Shown in pieces: positions 26,943 to 37,848 of a stretch of DNA of 64,000 bases. The stretch comes from an uncultured Planctomycetaceae bacterium (GTDB lineage: Bacteria; Planctomycetota; Planctomycetia; Planctomycetales; Planctomycetaceae). The first letter of the stretch is position 1. Every line of letters starts with the position of its first letter. The translations under genes and the position numbers were made by a program. Location of the stretch: contig CAXBME010000016.1 of NCBI GenBank assembly GCA_963976765.1, positions 124,001 through 188,000 on the forward strand. Direction: 5' to 3'. The notes under the pieces are model-generated. The model saw nothing but the letters and a program-made list of their open reading frames with translations, was not told the DNA's origin and did not search any database.

Positions 26943-27917
26943 ATGCAACAGTCCCGGCGAAACTTTCTGTCCCAATCCGTTGCCGCCGTGTCGACAGGCG
27001 CGGCGAGCACCTTGCTTTCGCTCGACGGCGTCGACGCAAACGACAGGTACGCCGGGTCGAGAATGCTCCTTGGATTCAGCACGTACGGCGCAAGACAACT
27101 GAAGACCGAAGCGACGATCGACCTGATCGCCGCCGCTGGCTACGACTCAGTCGAGATCACCGTCTGGCCGGAATGGGACGCCGCCCCGGCCAACATGCAT
27201 CCAGATCGGCGGACACATGTTCGCAAACAATTGAGCGACTCAGGTCTGATCCTGACCTCTTTAATGGAGCATATTTACCCCGAAGCCGACGATGCCAGGC
27301 ACGAGGCTTCGCTTGAGCGCCTGAAGTCTGTCTTCCAACTGGCCAACGACCTCGCTCCGGGCCGACGTCCCGTTGTTCAGACTGTGCTGGGTGGCGGCAA
27401 CTGGGAAGACAGGAAATCTCTTTTTGTCGACCGGGTCGGCGACTGGGTGACGCTTGGCAAATCGCAGGGAGTGGTGACCTGCGTAAAGCCTCATCGAGGT
27501 GGTGGCATGTCGAAACCCTCCGAAGCCGTCTGGCTGATCAATCAGATCGGCGATGCCCGATGGCTGAAAATGGTCTACGACTTCAGCCACTACGCCTTTC
27601 GAGACATTCCTCTGGTCGACTCAATCCAGCAATCGCTGCCGCACATTGGGCACGTGGCGGTGAAGGATGCCGTTCAGACCACATCAACGGATGGTCAGAC
27701 GTCTCGCGTCGAGTTCCGACTTCCCGGCGAGGCAGGCACGATCGACTTTGTCACGATCCTGCGGACTTTGCACAGGGGCGGCTACACAGGAGACGTTTCA
27801 TGCGAGGTCAGCGGCATGGTTTCCGGGAAACCCGGCTACGATCCGGTCGCAGCTCTGAAAACCTGTTATGCCAACATGTCGAAAGCCTTCGACAATGCCG
27901 ACATCAAACGAGCGTGA
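26943..27917 (+). CDS. Tat-exported sugar phosphate isomerase/epimerase (xylose-isomerase-like TIM barrel)
   Basis: SRRNFL twin-arginine signal; YDFSHY, HVAVKD, LPGEAGTIDF, CEVS. Confidence 0.85.
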   Translation: MQQSRRNFLSQSVAAVSTGAASTLLSLDGVDANDRYAGSRMLLGFSTYGARQLKTEATIDLIAAAGYDSVEITVWPEWDAAPANMHPDRRTHVRKQLSDSGLILTSLMEHIYPEADDARHEASLERLKSVFQLANDLAPGRRPVVQTVLGGGNWEDRKSLFVDRVGDWVTLGKSQGVVTCVKPHRGGGMSKPSEAVWLINQIGDARWLKMVYDFSHYAFRDIPLVDSIQQSLPHIGHVAVKDAVQTTSTDGQTSRVEFRLPGEAGTIDFVTILRTLHRGGYTGDVSCEVSGMVSGKPGYDPVAALKTCYANMSKAFDNADIKRA

Positions 27918-27953
27918 ACGTCATCGACGGTTGCTTCTTTCCCCCTGCTCGAT

Positions 27954-30152
27954 TTATTCACGGCGACGTTTCAAAACGATGAAATACCCGTCGGTGCAAT
28001 CTTCCAGGAGTTCCCACTTTTCCGGTTCGATCTTCAGTTCCCGCACCTGGCCGGGTCTCTTGATGTCGCTGTAGTAGTGCTGCGTGTCGATCACGATGTA
28101 GTCGGTATCCGCGGGCACCTGATTCTCATAACCGGCCACTCGTCGCAAGTAGTGGCTGTAGTCATACGAACGTTCGTGATGTGTGAATCTCGGATGGACG
28201 AAGTCTGTCGACGCGACGCGAGCGTCCAGTGGAATCAGATCCAGCACTGCGGCAAACTTCTCGGCACGTTCTGCCGGGACGTAAAGTTTCTGCCAGTAAA
28301 AGAACGAGCCTGCGTCCCAGAACTTGATGCTCAGCGGCGACATTCCAACCACGGCTCCAGTCGTGCAACACATCGCGAGCACAAAACCAGGAACGAACAA
28401 TCGATCAGCACTGAGAAACCGATCGGCCCGAAGCCGAACCCGGCTGCTCGAATCGCGACGAAACCTGTGAAGCGAATGAGCCGCCGCCCAGAACAGCACC
28501 GCTACCACCGGAGCATGAAAGTGATGATGCGGCTGCGGGTCGCCCTTTACGATTTCGTTCAGGCAGAGCAGCCCCAGAATCGGAACGGCAACTCCGAAGC
28601 GGACAGGCGACAACAGCGGCAGAAACACCAGCGGCAGCAGCAGTCCCAGCAGATAACTGATCGACGAAACCGTAACGAGTTCCTCAATCAGCAAGCCCGG
28701 CTGAGTCAGCATGTTGATAGCGATTTCGCCCAGCGAGTCGCCAAACTTTGCAAAATATCGGGCGTAATGAACCTCGGCCCCGTCGCGGAACCAGGGAATC
28801 AGAACGCGAGTCGTCAACAGCAGGTAACCGGCGGAGGCAACGACCAGCCCCGCTCCATACTGAGCAGCCAGCTTTTTCGACGTCAGAAAATCCGCCCGCA
28901 GAACTTCGCGATCCACCACCTTGCGACTGTTGAAAAAAGGCTGCATCAGCACCCAGCAACCAAGCGGTGCGAGGATCAATGCAAAGTCCTCTTTTGCGAG
29001 CAGCGCGACGATGAAGAGAGCGACTGTCGTCCTGATACGACCTCGCTCAAGCTGATCCAGCGCGAACAACATTGCGGTCAGACCGAAGCAGATTGGACGA
29101 AACGTCTTCAGGTCGATGGCGATGTCGAGAAACTGCAACGGCGGATACAACAGGTAAGCGATCGAGAGACACGTTGCCGCACCATTCGAACCTGACCAGC
29201 GACGAGCCATCCAGAAAACGGGAATCGCTCCGGCTGCCAGAGCCAGACTTTCGAACAGCTCCAGCAGCAGGTGCGAAGACCAGATCGAGTAGAGCGGCAG
29301 CAGAGCCAGGTGGATGACCTGAATGTGTTCTCCCAGAAACAGTCCGGGATCCAGGTAACTGCGAAAACCTTTTCCGTGCAGAACGTTCCACAAGTGCTCT
29401 TCGTACATGACCGAGTCGCCGTGCGGAACAAGCATGCCGCGGAACAACTGCCAGTTCATCGCCGTGAAAACGACGACGTACGCAGACACCGCCGCCAGTA
29501 ACAACTTCGAAACGGTGTACCGCGAGACGGAATCGGCGCTGGTTTCGCCATGCAATCCCGTTGTCTCGCCGGTTGAACGGCACAGCGGCACGATCAGCGA
29601 GGCACTCCAGCCGGCCACCGACACCGCCAGAACGTAATGGTACAAGGCGGTCATCAGGACCATGGTCGTTTCGAAGCCGCCGGTGAAAACGAGAATTCTC
29701 GACATCTCCCACAGCCACGGCAGCAACCACCAGCGCCAGCCTGAAATGGCAACGCGACAGGTCTGCTCGGCCAGCGAAAGTGTGCTGCCACTCTGGGGCG
29801 ACGTTCGCTGGACAAAGGCGACAGCAACGAGCCCCGCTAACGCAACGGCGGAACAAACCGCCAACGCGATCAACAGAGACAGAAACGGGACGTCGCACAC
29901 AGCAGACTGATCAACAGGATTGACCTGAATCTTTCCGCCGAGCATGTCGACAAGATTGCTCCACAACGGACGGCTGAACAGCCGGGTCGCAGTCACGTCG
30001 CTGCCCAGAACACTCTGCAACGCGAAGGCCTGAGCAACGCACCCCAGCACGACCATCCCCACGGCCTTTGGCCAGTGGTCAGCAGAGGAAGAGACCTGTA
30101 TTCTCTCCCGCTTCGCCGGATCAGCTTTTGAATCGTTTTTTCGCCTGGCCAC
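27954..30152 (-). CDS. DUF2079-like multi-pass membrane protein (GT-C-like)
   Basis: HGDSVMYEEHLWN, FLGEHIQ, LLAKED, HHHFHAP. Confidence 0.78.
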   Translation of the reverse strand: MARRKNDSKADPAKRERIQVSSSADHWPKAVGMVVLGCVAQAFALQSVLGSDVTATRLFSRPLWSNLVDMLGGKIQVNPVDQSAVCDVPFLSLLIALAVCSAVALAGLVAVAFVQRTSPQSGSTLSLAEQTCRVAISGWRWWLLPWLWEMSRILVFTGGFETTMVLMTALYHYVLAVSVAGWSASLIVPLCRSTGETTGLHGETSADSVSRYTVSKLLLAAVSAYVVVFTAMNWQLFRGMLVPHGDSVMYEEHLWNVLHGKGFRSYLDPGLFLGEHIQVIHLALLPLYSIWSSHLLLELFESLALAAGAIPVFWMARRWSGSNGAATCLSIAYLLYPPLQFLDIAIDLKTFRPICFGLTAMLFALDQLERGRIRTTVALFIVALLAKEDFALILAPLGCWVLMQPFFNSRKVVDREVLRADFLTSKKLAAQYGAGLVVASAGYLLLTTRVLIPWFRDGAEVHYARYFAKFGDSLGEIAINMLTQPGLLIEELVTVSSISYLLGLLLPLVFLPLLSPVRFGVAVPILGLLCLNEIVKGDPQPHHHFHAPVVAVLFWAAAHSLHRFRRDSSSRVRLRADRFLSADRLFVPGFVLAMCCTTGAVVGMSPLSIKFWDAGSFFYWQKLYVPAERAEKFAAVLDLIPLDARVASTDFVHPRFTHHERSYDYSHYLRRVAGYENQVPADTDYIVIDTQHYYSDIKRPGQVRELKIEPEKWELLEDCTDGYFIVLKRRRE

Positions 30153-30364
30153 AGTTCGATGATTCCGCCGTCGTGAAGTTGCGAGACGTCGTTCCCCGTC
30201 TGATGTTCAGAGACGTCGCAAACGCGTCCTCTGTCATTAGCAGCCCGCGGAATGGAACGATCAAGTCGCGATCAGCGGGCGAGGCAGGATAGTCTCGCAG
30301 AAGCAACGAATCCATAAGCGACGACGGCACGCGCCGCCGAGTTTCAACTTTAAGGACAACTGAT

Positions 30365-30886
30365 ATGTCAGATTTGAAAGAGTACATCCGCGACATCGCC
30401 GATTTCCCAAAGCCGGGCATCAATTTTCGCGACATCACTCCCCTACTCGCCAACCCGGATGCTTTTCGCGAAGTCATTCGTCAGTTGGCCGACAAGTATC
30501 GCGACGCTGGTATCACCGCCATCTGCGCCGCGGAAGCTCGCGGATTCATTTTCGCCACTCCACTGGCTCTCGAATTGAATGCCGCTTTTGTCCCGATTCG
30601 CAAACCGGGAAAACTTCCGTTCGACACGAAAGCATTCCACTACGAACTCGAATACGGCACAGACACTCTGGAAATGCACACCGACGCGGTAAAAGCTGGC
30701 GACCGGGTTCTGCTGATCGATGACCTGTTGGCAACCGGCGGGACGATGGGGGCGTGCGTCAAACTATGCGAACACGCGGGCGCGGAAGTCGTCGGTTGTG
30801 CTTTTCTGATCGAACTGACATTTATCGGAGGTCGTAAAAAGCTGGCTCCGACAGAATGTTTCAGCCTGATCACCTATGACAACTGA
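30365..30886 (+). CDS. apt: Adenine phosphoribosyltransferase
   Basis: [41 protein letters not shown]. Confidence 0.97.
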   Translation: MSDLKEYIRDIADFPKPGINFRDITPLLANPDAFREVIRQLADKYRDAGITAICAAEARGFIFATPLALELNAAFVPIRKPGKLPFDTKAFHYELEYGTDTLEMHTDAVKAGDRVLLIDDLLATGGTMGACVKLCEHAGAEVVGCAFLIELTFIGGRKKLAPTECFSLITYDN

Positions 30887-30967
30887 AGAACTGACTGAAA
30901 GGGTGTCGGCGGTCACGAAAAATAATCCACAAGAGCCGACAACAGCGAACGCAATCGGAGAACGACG

Positions 30968-31417
30968 ATGAACGAGATAACTCTGACGATCGAAGGAGCT
31001 GTTCAGCGCCCGCGAAAGTTCACTCGCCAGCAACTGGCTGCACTTCCTGCTCCCGAGCGGGTTTCAGACGTCAGCAGCATCGAACCTCGTCGTCAGGGCG
31101 AGGCCGTACGCCTCAGTTTCCTGCTTGAAGAAGCTCAGCCCGACGACGCGGCAACGCACGTCACACTTCAATCGGCGGACGGATTTTCTGCCAGCATTCC
31201 GTTGGCAGACGTCTGCGGGAAGGGGTTGATCATCTTCCAGATCGATGGGCAGTCTTTACCAGACGCTGCCGGTGGACCGTTCAGATTTCTGATCCCCAAC
31301 GCAGCCGAATGTCGCACCGCCGAACTGGATGCCTGCGCGAATGTAAAAGGTCTGACGCGCATCGAACTGACAGTCGGCCAGGGTGTTGATACTCGGTACA
31401 GCGACAAGCTCGCGTGA
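30968..31417 (+). CDS. Molybdopterin-dependent oxidoreductase-like domain protein
   Basis: LTIEGAV, SADGFSASIPL, GGPFRFLIP, ANVKGLTRIEL. Confidence 0.8.
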   Translation: MNEITLTIEGAVQRPRKFTRQQLAALPAPERVSDVSSIEPRRQGEAVRLSFLLEEAQPDDAATHVTLQSADGFSASIPLADVCGKGLIIFQIDGQSLPDAAGGPFRFLIPNAAECRTAELDACANVKGLTRIELTVGQGVDTRYSDKLA

Positions 31418-31467
31418 TCAGCCGATAGCCGCAATCTGGCCGGGACGGGACATTTTTTCTGGTCCAC

Positions 31468-34400
31468 TCAGCTGGTCAGTAGAGTGTCCCTCGTCCGTCG
31501 CCTGAGAATGTACGAGACGACGATCCACAAACTGGACACGAGCCCCAGGATGAAGCCGGCACCACTCCCTTTCAGACACAGCCACCAGATCAGTCCCAGA
31601 ACGAGCCAGCAGATTTCCGGCTGCTTCGCAATCCGATCGCCAGTTTCGAGTCCCAGCAGCAGAATGAGCACGGGAACCGCCACGATAACGATCAGAATAC
31701 TGCCGAGGATTCGATCAACCTGCGTATCGACCACCCAGAACTCCACTTGCGTTCCCTCTGGTTTTTCGACAACCACACTTCCGTTGCCTTTATTTCCGTC
31801 TTCAGATGAAAGCAGCAGATCGACCGAAGCGCTAACGGGTTTTGCTTCACTGGCCGGGTCTGCCGTTTCCATTGCAAGAAACTCAGCAATCTGTCGCGCT
31901 GCATCAAACGTCACCGAATTGGGCGAACGCCGCCGCGCAACTTCCAGCCAGCGTTCGGCAAGTTGGACGGCATCCTGACCATTGTTCTGCCGGAAACGGT
32001 TGCTGGTTGAGATCAGGTTTATCCTGCGGGTCGGCGTTGCGACAACAAATGATCGAACAGGTCCGGCATCAATCAGTTGAGGAGTCGGCATTTCGCGTCG
32101 TTGAATTTTCATGGCCGAATCGTTCAGCTGCATGTTCCAAAGTATTTCGATGTTGCGCATCGAGCTTTGCCCAACGAGTGGCAGTTGCAGGTTCCCATCG
32201 ACCGGCGGCAGGACGTTCTCAACCAGTCCATCAATCCGGACTGAAATCAATCGCGCCCCTTGCGGCCATTCCAATGAAACCTGCGGGGTGTCTGTCTGGA
32301 GAAGGATGCTTGTTCTCGCCACCCCATTCTGCCGCACACCAGGGCGAATCGTATGGACGACTAACGACGGCAGTTTCTCGAACTCGGGAGACGATGCGAG
32401 CCTTGATATCCTGGTGGCATCCGTCCATGCGACGAACTCGTCAGAACCACTGGCCAGGCGGGGTTCAAACTCTCCGACTCGACTTTCCGTCAGATCGCTG
32501 GCCATTTCATTCGGAAGAATTTCCCAATCATCCATCCCTTGCGAGAGGGCGACCACAGCACGCTGGTGTTCGACGCCAACCACAAGTGGAGGCGATAGGC
32601 GAATCGCCGCTCCATCCTGAGGGCTGAAAACAGCGGTCAACGCAATTTCAACTCGAGCTGGAATCGGCCTTGGAAGCTTTACATTGATCGACTTCTGATC
32701 TTTCGCCACTTCAACAATGGCACCGGCCCCCTCAATCGCCGGTGTGACTGCAAGTTTACCGGTCGCCCACCCCGGCAATTCGATCTTCACAATTCGTCGG
32801 GACAGTCCATGAAGATGAACGGTTGCCGAAACATAACAGTCACCAGCCTCGTCTGATGTAATATCAGCGACGACCCAGGCCGTCGGGGTTACAGGAACCA
32901 GTTCAACCGAGAGCCTTGCCGCCTGCTCTGGCCGCAGGCGGAATCGCCCGATGAATTCATTGGTGTCACTCGCCGGCGTTGTTGCTGTTGCTGAGTTTTC
33001 GCTAATCGCCTCCGCGCCTTCCACAGTGACCTGAAGTTGCCGTGACCTGTAGATCAGCAGTGTGGAGTCCGCAATTTCGCCAACGACCGGTTTCAGACGA
33101 GGCACCTTTACCAGCCCACTCGCGTTAAGCTTCTGCTGTCCGGTGATCGTAATATTCTGCACACCCGATCGACGATTACGCAGATGCAGCGTCAATAACC
33201 CATTCTCATGTTCCCAGTGACTCAATCGATCAACGTCGTCTTCCACCACGTTTACCGAATCAACACGAAACGCATCGTCGAGCAGGAATTCATGCGTGAA
33301 TGCGGGCACAACTGCGGTATCAACTTCGGCGGATACAGTCCATTGAACTCCAGCCTGCTGAACCCGTGCGATCTGGCTGACTCGCGTCGTGCGTTCCGAT
33401 CGTGACGGAACGATCGCTGGATTCACGACCATTCCGTCTGACACTTTAATCGCGATCAATGGAAGCCGTGGTCGAGTGTTTTCAGGCCAGGCTTCGATAA
33501 ATGAATTTCCGCTGGCCTCGGATTTCGAAGTAAGACTCTGTAACTCCGGTAGAAACTGGAATCCCGCTTCAGGAGTCAACCCGGCAACGTGAGACCTGAC
33601 GGTCAACGGAGCATCCGTCTGATCAGGCACGACAGGACTCGCCCACACGATTTTCGAACCACCCGCGACTTCAGGCTGAACGTTTCGCCATTTGAATTCA
33701 AAGTCGAAAGTTTCAGTCAGCGGTGGATCGAATTCACACGTGAGGATCACTTGCCCCGCTTCACGACGCAGTTCCTTATCAACAAGGTTCCGCGTCCGAA
33801 ACTGACTCAGATCCACCTGAGAATACTCCGGCAGCTTCCATTGGATCAGCCGCACGTCCTGCCCCTCAACGAAATACTTCGCGAGAGTGCGGCACTCCAT
33901 CCAGTTGGGGTGAACATCGATCGACGACCTCATTTCGACGACGGGTTGCTCCTTCGACTGCGAAAGTTCAATCGACGGCTCGACGACATCAGCGGAGTCC
34001 TGCTGCCAGCTGACTGTCAATTCATTTTCAGGTCCGAGGACAAATTCAGTGGCAGACTTTGGATTCAGCGGCGAGGCATCAAATGAACTTCCAACGTAAA
34101 CCGCCGCCGGCTGCCGACTGAACGACATTGATACGCGGGAACTCGAAATCGCCGGGACAGGTAGCGAAATCCTCGAAAATGACGACGACCGTTGAGTCAG
34201 TGGTCTAAGTCGCAATGCCACTGTGTACTGACGCCATAAATCCACAGACTCGGGAACCGGCGGCGGCACTGGCCTCTGCCCGGGGTCAATTTTCGTGGCT
34301 TCACTCAATGCATCAGGCAACGGAACCCGAAGTCTTGAACCATCGGCACTCGGCAGCACGGCAACCGGCCTGCCGTCAACCGTACATTCTGCCTGGCCGG

Positions 34401-37400
34401 TGAGAAACCTGGCGGCAATTGGAATTTCCGCTTCTTCGAGCGTGTCATCGTGCAACGCCACAACAATTGATGCCACGATTTCAGCACGACCCGATTCCGT
34501 CACATTGACTGCCCAATGCGACCGGGTCAGCAGCATTTTCGGAGGCGCATCGGCATTGCCGGCTGAACGTTCTGAAAGCTTCTCGAAGTCGCCACTTCGA
34601 ATGTAGACGAACCGTGGTTCATTATGGGATTGAAATGGCGATCCGACATAGGGGATCAGGACATCGATGTCCGAAACTCGGCCGGACACGTTCTGCTGAG
34701 CCGCGACTGAACCGGCCAGACAGGTTGCTGCGAAAATCAACAACCCGGTCACAACACGTCGCGTGATCGTCGACGCCATGCTGACCTGCACTGCGTGCGG
34801 TGCCTTCACGCGGACAGGCCGCACGAAACTTCTGGGCACAAGCGTCGCAAGAATGCTCCCTAACGCAGCCGCTCCAATAAGCTCCGCATAGGCTCCTGGA
34901 ACGAGTGCCACCGACGCGACGCAACCACTCAACCAGACCAGCGCAAAGCGACTGCGATAGCGAGCCGCAACAACTCGCAGCAGAACACCGATAAGCGAAC
35001 TAAGCGTCAGGACAAACCACGAAAGAGCATGCAAGCGGGAATGGTCACAAATATGGACGGTCAACGAATCCGGCAAACCCGCCGCTGAAGCAGAAAACGT
35101 TCGCCATTCAGTTCCCGGCGGCTGAACTCGCTGGCCAGTGTCCGAAGATCGACCTCGGAAGAACCGCATCCACGAATCCATGCCAAGAGGGCTGAAGACC
35201 TGCGCCGAACCGTTGCGAGCCAGTGGCCCAAAACACCAGCTGAGCCAGTTAGCGGGCCGTGAATCTTCATTCGGAGTCAATTCAGAAGCGAACGAAACCA
35301 CCGAAAACTGGTTGCGAAGCCGGACACGCCAGTCAAGCTGAACGACCGTGGTATTCGATTGAGGAATGCGGCAACGATATGTTTCCCGCAAATAGACATC
35401 CTGAGAAGGCAGCGTGTATCCGATGGCAAGCTCATCTCCCGCACTGACAAATGTCAGCGGAACAAACCATCCATCGTCATCCTGCACCGGTGCAACTTTC
35501 TGCCCACGCCATGTCACTGCCAGCAGTTCTGCCGCCCTGGGTAGACGAAAACGGAACGGAGCTGACTCGGCTGAGTAATGAAACTTCCAGGCAAAACGAT
35601 GAAGATCACGACTGATCGAACCGGGCGACAAATGAGAATCGAATTCCGCGCTCACGATTACTCGCCGAGCGACGCCCTGAACGCTCCCTGTCGCTCCGGC
35701 GTCGCTCGCCATAGCCGTTTCAACAGGGCGGTTCGCAGGTGACGGCAACCCGTCTTTTCCAGTTGCCGTACTGGTAGCAGTGTGATTCTTATCGTCGGCC
35801 TGATCCAATGCCCCGGGTTCTGCGGAAGAAGCAGCATTGGACGCAGACTCACTGCGGGGCAATTGCAGAATCGCAGAACGGATACCCTCACTTTGCGTCC
35901 AGTAATCCGCCGTCCAGATCGTTTCTGGAATTCCGCCGACCAAAGGTATCAGCTCTTTCCAGGCTGACTCGGCAAAAGACTCCACCTCAGCGTGTCTCTG
36001 ATAATTGTCCGAGTCGATCTGCAACTCGTGAGGATCTTCGCAACCGATAACGCCAAGAACGATGGACACCGACCTCGCAATCTCGGGCAGAATGACCGGC
36101 ACAGAAATCAGAGACTCGCGACTGCGATCGGCCCGCTGTCCAGCAATTCGAAGTCGAAGTGGTTTTCTGACCGGGAGACCATCGGCGACATCAATAGTCA
36201 GCCGTTGATGCCTGCCCGACTCTTTCGTCACACTCCACGAAATATTCCCTGACAGCACATCCGCCGTCGTTGACTGACCAGCCAGCGACACGGCAGTCAC
36301 TTCCCATTCGGAAGGTACGAGCCAGGTCGACACAAAGAGACCTCGCGCCTGCGAAGTCAATTCCAGCAAAACATCGAGTTCCTGCGGCGTCTTGCCAACA
36401 TGCAGCCGTGAATATTCCCGGACCGACAGCTTTCCTGACGACGGACGTCCGGTGTTCTGAATCTGCAGATCAACAAAAGCCAGCGAGCTGAATTGTTCGA
36501 AGACAAGTTCATGCCTGTCTTCCCCCACGGTGGTACCTGTCTGACGCAGACCGCCAGACGTGTAGTTCGCAAGCTGCCAGGGCGACTCAATGACGACCCT
36601 GGCTGGACTCGTATTTCCCCCAAGCAAAACCGCCTCAACCACTCGAGGCGGCGCTATTCTGACACGAATATGACCGGAACCAGATGACGGTATTGACTGC
36701 CTTCCGCGGATCACGATTCGTGGCGCGACATCCGAAACCATCCCGGCTAACTGGATTCGAAGAGCGTGCCATTTGTCCGGCAGAGGCCCGGTGTCACGCC
36801 ACGAAAACGCTCTTCCCGATTCGTCATCAATCGACGAAACAATCAACTCCGGCGGAATGGCGACCGTCAGTTCGTCGCTGTCTGCCGGCAACGAATCAAA
36901 AGTGAACTCGAAAAACTGCTCAACCGTCTCTGACCCTAAATGCAACCGCGAACTCAGTCGACACGTGGCAGCACCGCGCTGGCCCAGATCGTGAGCGGCG
37001 GGTTCCTGAACTCGAATTCTGCAAAGATGTGACTGCCCGAGTTCAACTTGCCAAACGTCGTGCAACGAGTCAGCACGAGCGCCATTTCGACTATCCTCCG
37101 CAACGATATCTCGCTGGACGACTCCCACATTTGAAACAACCTGCCAGCCTGGCGGGACAGAAAAACGAAACGTCGTAACGATCGATTTCGGAACGGCAAG
37201 CTCAAAGTCGTACCCGGTCAATCGCTTGCGACCACCAAGGCTCCATTTGAAATTAAGCTCACGAACTTTCTGTGGAGCAATAAGCCGTTTCGATCCGTCG
37301 AGGCCGGTGCCGATTACAGCTTCTCGATCAGCGTCATCACCCGGCCAGAGAGCTTCATCCAGCGCAAGGTTACAAGGTTCGAACGTTGTCATTTCTGAGT

Positions 37401-37785
37401 CGCTGCGTGCGCGAACCAGTGTCGCTGTCCCCTGCTCAAATCGAGCCGTCTGCGAATTAAAAGTTGCCTCGTAAACCGCTGAGGCAAACGCAAAGCGATC
37501 GGGACCGTTTGACGAGGACGCAGGAGATTTCATCAACGAGTCGAGTCCTTGCGGATCGACCGGAACCCAGTCGCCAGCTGGCCAGCGTTCTGGATGCAGG
37601 GCCGGCACAAAGACCCGACGAGCCTGTACATCATTCGGTTCAGCACTCTCACAAACCGACGCAACAGCAAGTTGAAGCAACAAAACACCGAAGACAGCGA
37701 CAGCCTTCGGCAATCGTGACTTCATGCTCAGACGCTGTTGCTGACAATGTTTGTGCAACACTCGGTGCTCTCGTCTTTCTGCCAC
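31468..37785 (-). CDS. Giant uncharacterised membrane protein (about 2100 aa); start probably 37725
   Basis: Uninterrupted ORF with a signal peptide, two TM bundles and beta-rich repeats. Confidence 0.85.
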   Translation of the reverse strand: MAERREHRVLHKHCQQQRLSMKSRLPKAVAVFGVLLLQLAVASVCESAEPNDVQARRVFVPALHPERWPAGDWVPVDPQGLDSLMKSPASSSNGPDRFAFASAVYEATFNSQTARFEQGTATLVRARSDSEMTTFEPCNLALDEALWPGDDADREAVIGTGLDGSKRLIAPQKVRELNFKWSLGGRKRLTGYDFELAVPKSIVTTFRFSVPPGWQVVSNVGVVQRDIVAEDSRNGARADSLHDVWQVELGQSHLCRIRVQEPAAHDLGQRGAATCRLSSRLHLGSETVEQFFEFTFDSLPADSDELTVAIPPELIVSSIDDESGRAFSWRDTGPLPDKWHALRIQLAGMVSDVAPRIVIRGRQSIPSSGSGHIRVRIAPPRVVEAVLLGGNTSPARVVIESPWQLANYTSGGLRQTGTTVGEDRHELVFEQFSSLAFVDLQIQNTGRPSSGKLSVREYSRLHVGKTPQELDVLLELTSQARGLFVSTWLVPSEWEVTAVSLAGQSTTADVLSGNISWSVTKESGRHQRLTIDVADGLPVRKPLRLRIAGQRADRSRESLISVPVILPEIARSVSIVLGVIGCEDPHELQIDSDNYQRHAEVESFAESAWKELIPLVGGIPETIWTADYWTQSEGIRSAILQLPRSESASNAASSAEPGALDQADDKNHTATSTATGKDGLPSPANRPVETAMASDAGATGSVQGVARRVIVSAEFDSHLSPGSISRDLHRFAWKFHYSAESAPFRFRLPRAAELLAVTWRGQKVAPVQDDDGWFVPLTFVSAGDELAIGYTLPSQDVYLRETYRCRIPQSNTTVVQLDWRVRLRNQFSVVSFASELTPNEDSRPANWLSWCFGPLARNGSAQVFSPLGMDSWMRFFRGRSSDTGQRVQPPGTEWRTFSASAAGLPDSLTVHICDHSRLHALSWFVLTLSSLIGVLLRVVAARYRSRFALVWLSGCVASVALVPGAYAELIGAAALGSILATLVPRSFVRPVRVKAPHAVQVSMASTITRRVVTGLLIFAATCLAGSVAAQQNVSGRVSDIDVLIPYVGSPFQSHNEPRFVYIRSGDFEKLSERSAGNADAPPKMLLTRSHWAVNVTESGRAEIVASIVVALHDDTLEEAEIPIAARFLTGQAECTVDGRPVAVLPSADGSRLRVPLPDALSEATKIDPGQRPVPPPVPESVDLWRQYTVALRLRPLTQRSSSFSRISLPVPAISSSRVSMSFSRQPAAVYVGSSFDASPLNPKSATEFVLGPENELTVSWQQDSADVVEPSIELSQSKEQPVVEMRSSIDVHPNWMECRTLAKYFVEGQDVRLIQWKLPEYSQVDLSQFRTRNLVDKELRREAGQVILTCEFDPPLTETFDFEFKWRNVQPEVAGGSKIVWASPVVPDQTDAPLTVRSHVAGLTPEAGFQFLPELQSLTSKSEASGNSFIEAWPENTRPRLPLIAIKVSDGMVVNPAIVPSRSERTTRVSQIARVQQAGVQWTVSAEVDTAVVPAFTHEFLLDDAFRVDSVNVVEDDVDRLSHWEHENGLLTLHLRNRRSGVQNITITGQQKLNASGLVKVPRLKPVVGEIADSTLLIYRSRQLQVTVEGAEAISENSATATTPASDTNEFIGRFRLRPEQAARLSVELVPVTPTAWVVADITSDEAGDCYVSATVHLHGLSRRIVKIELPGWATGKLAVTPAIEGAGAIVEVAKDQKSINVKLPRPIPARVEIALTAVFSPQDGAAIRLSPPLVVGVEHQRAVVALSQGMDDWEILPNEMASDLTESRVGEFEPRLASGSDEFVAWTDATRISRLASSPEFEKLPSLVVHTIRPGVRQNGVARTSILLQTDTPQVSLEWPQGARLISVRIDGLVENVLPPVDGNLQLPLVGQSSMRNIEILWNMQLNDSAMKIQRREMPTPQLIDAGPVRSFVVATPTRRINLISTSNRFRQNNGQDAVQLAERWLEVARRRSPNSVTFDAARQIAEFLAMETADPASEAKPVSASVDLLLSSEDGNKGNGSVVVEKPEGTQVEFWVVDTQVDRILGSILIVIVAVPVLILLLGLETGDRIAKQPEICWLVLGLIWWLCLKGSGAGFILGLVSSLWIVVSYILRRRTRDTLLTS

Positions 37786-37848
37786 TTAATGTGAGAAGTC
37801 ATCGCTCACGCGCCAGGTCCAGGCCCAACAACGATCCGCGAAGTGCGG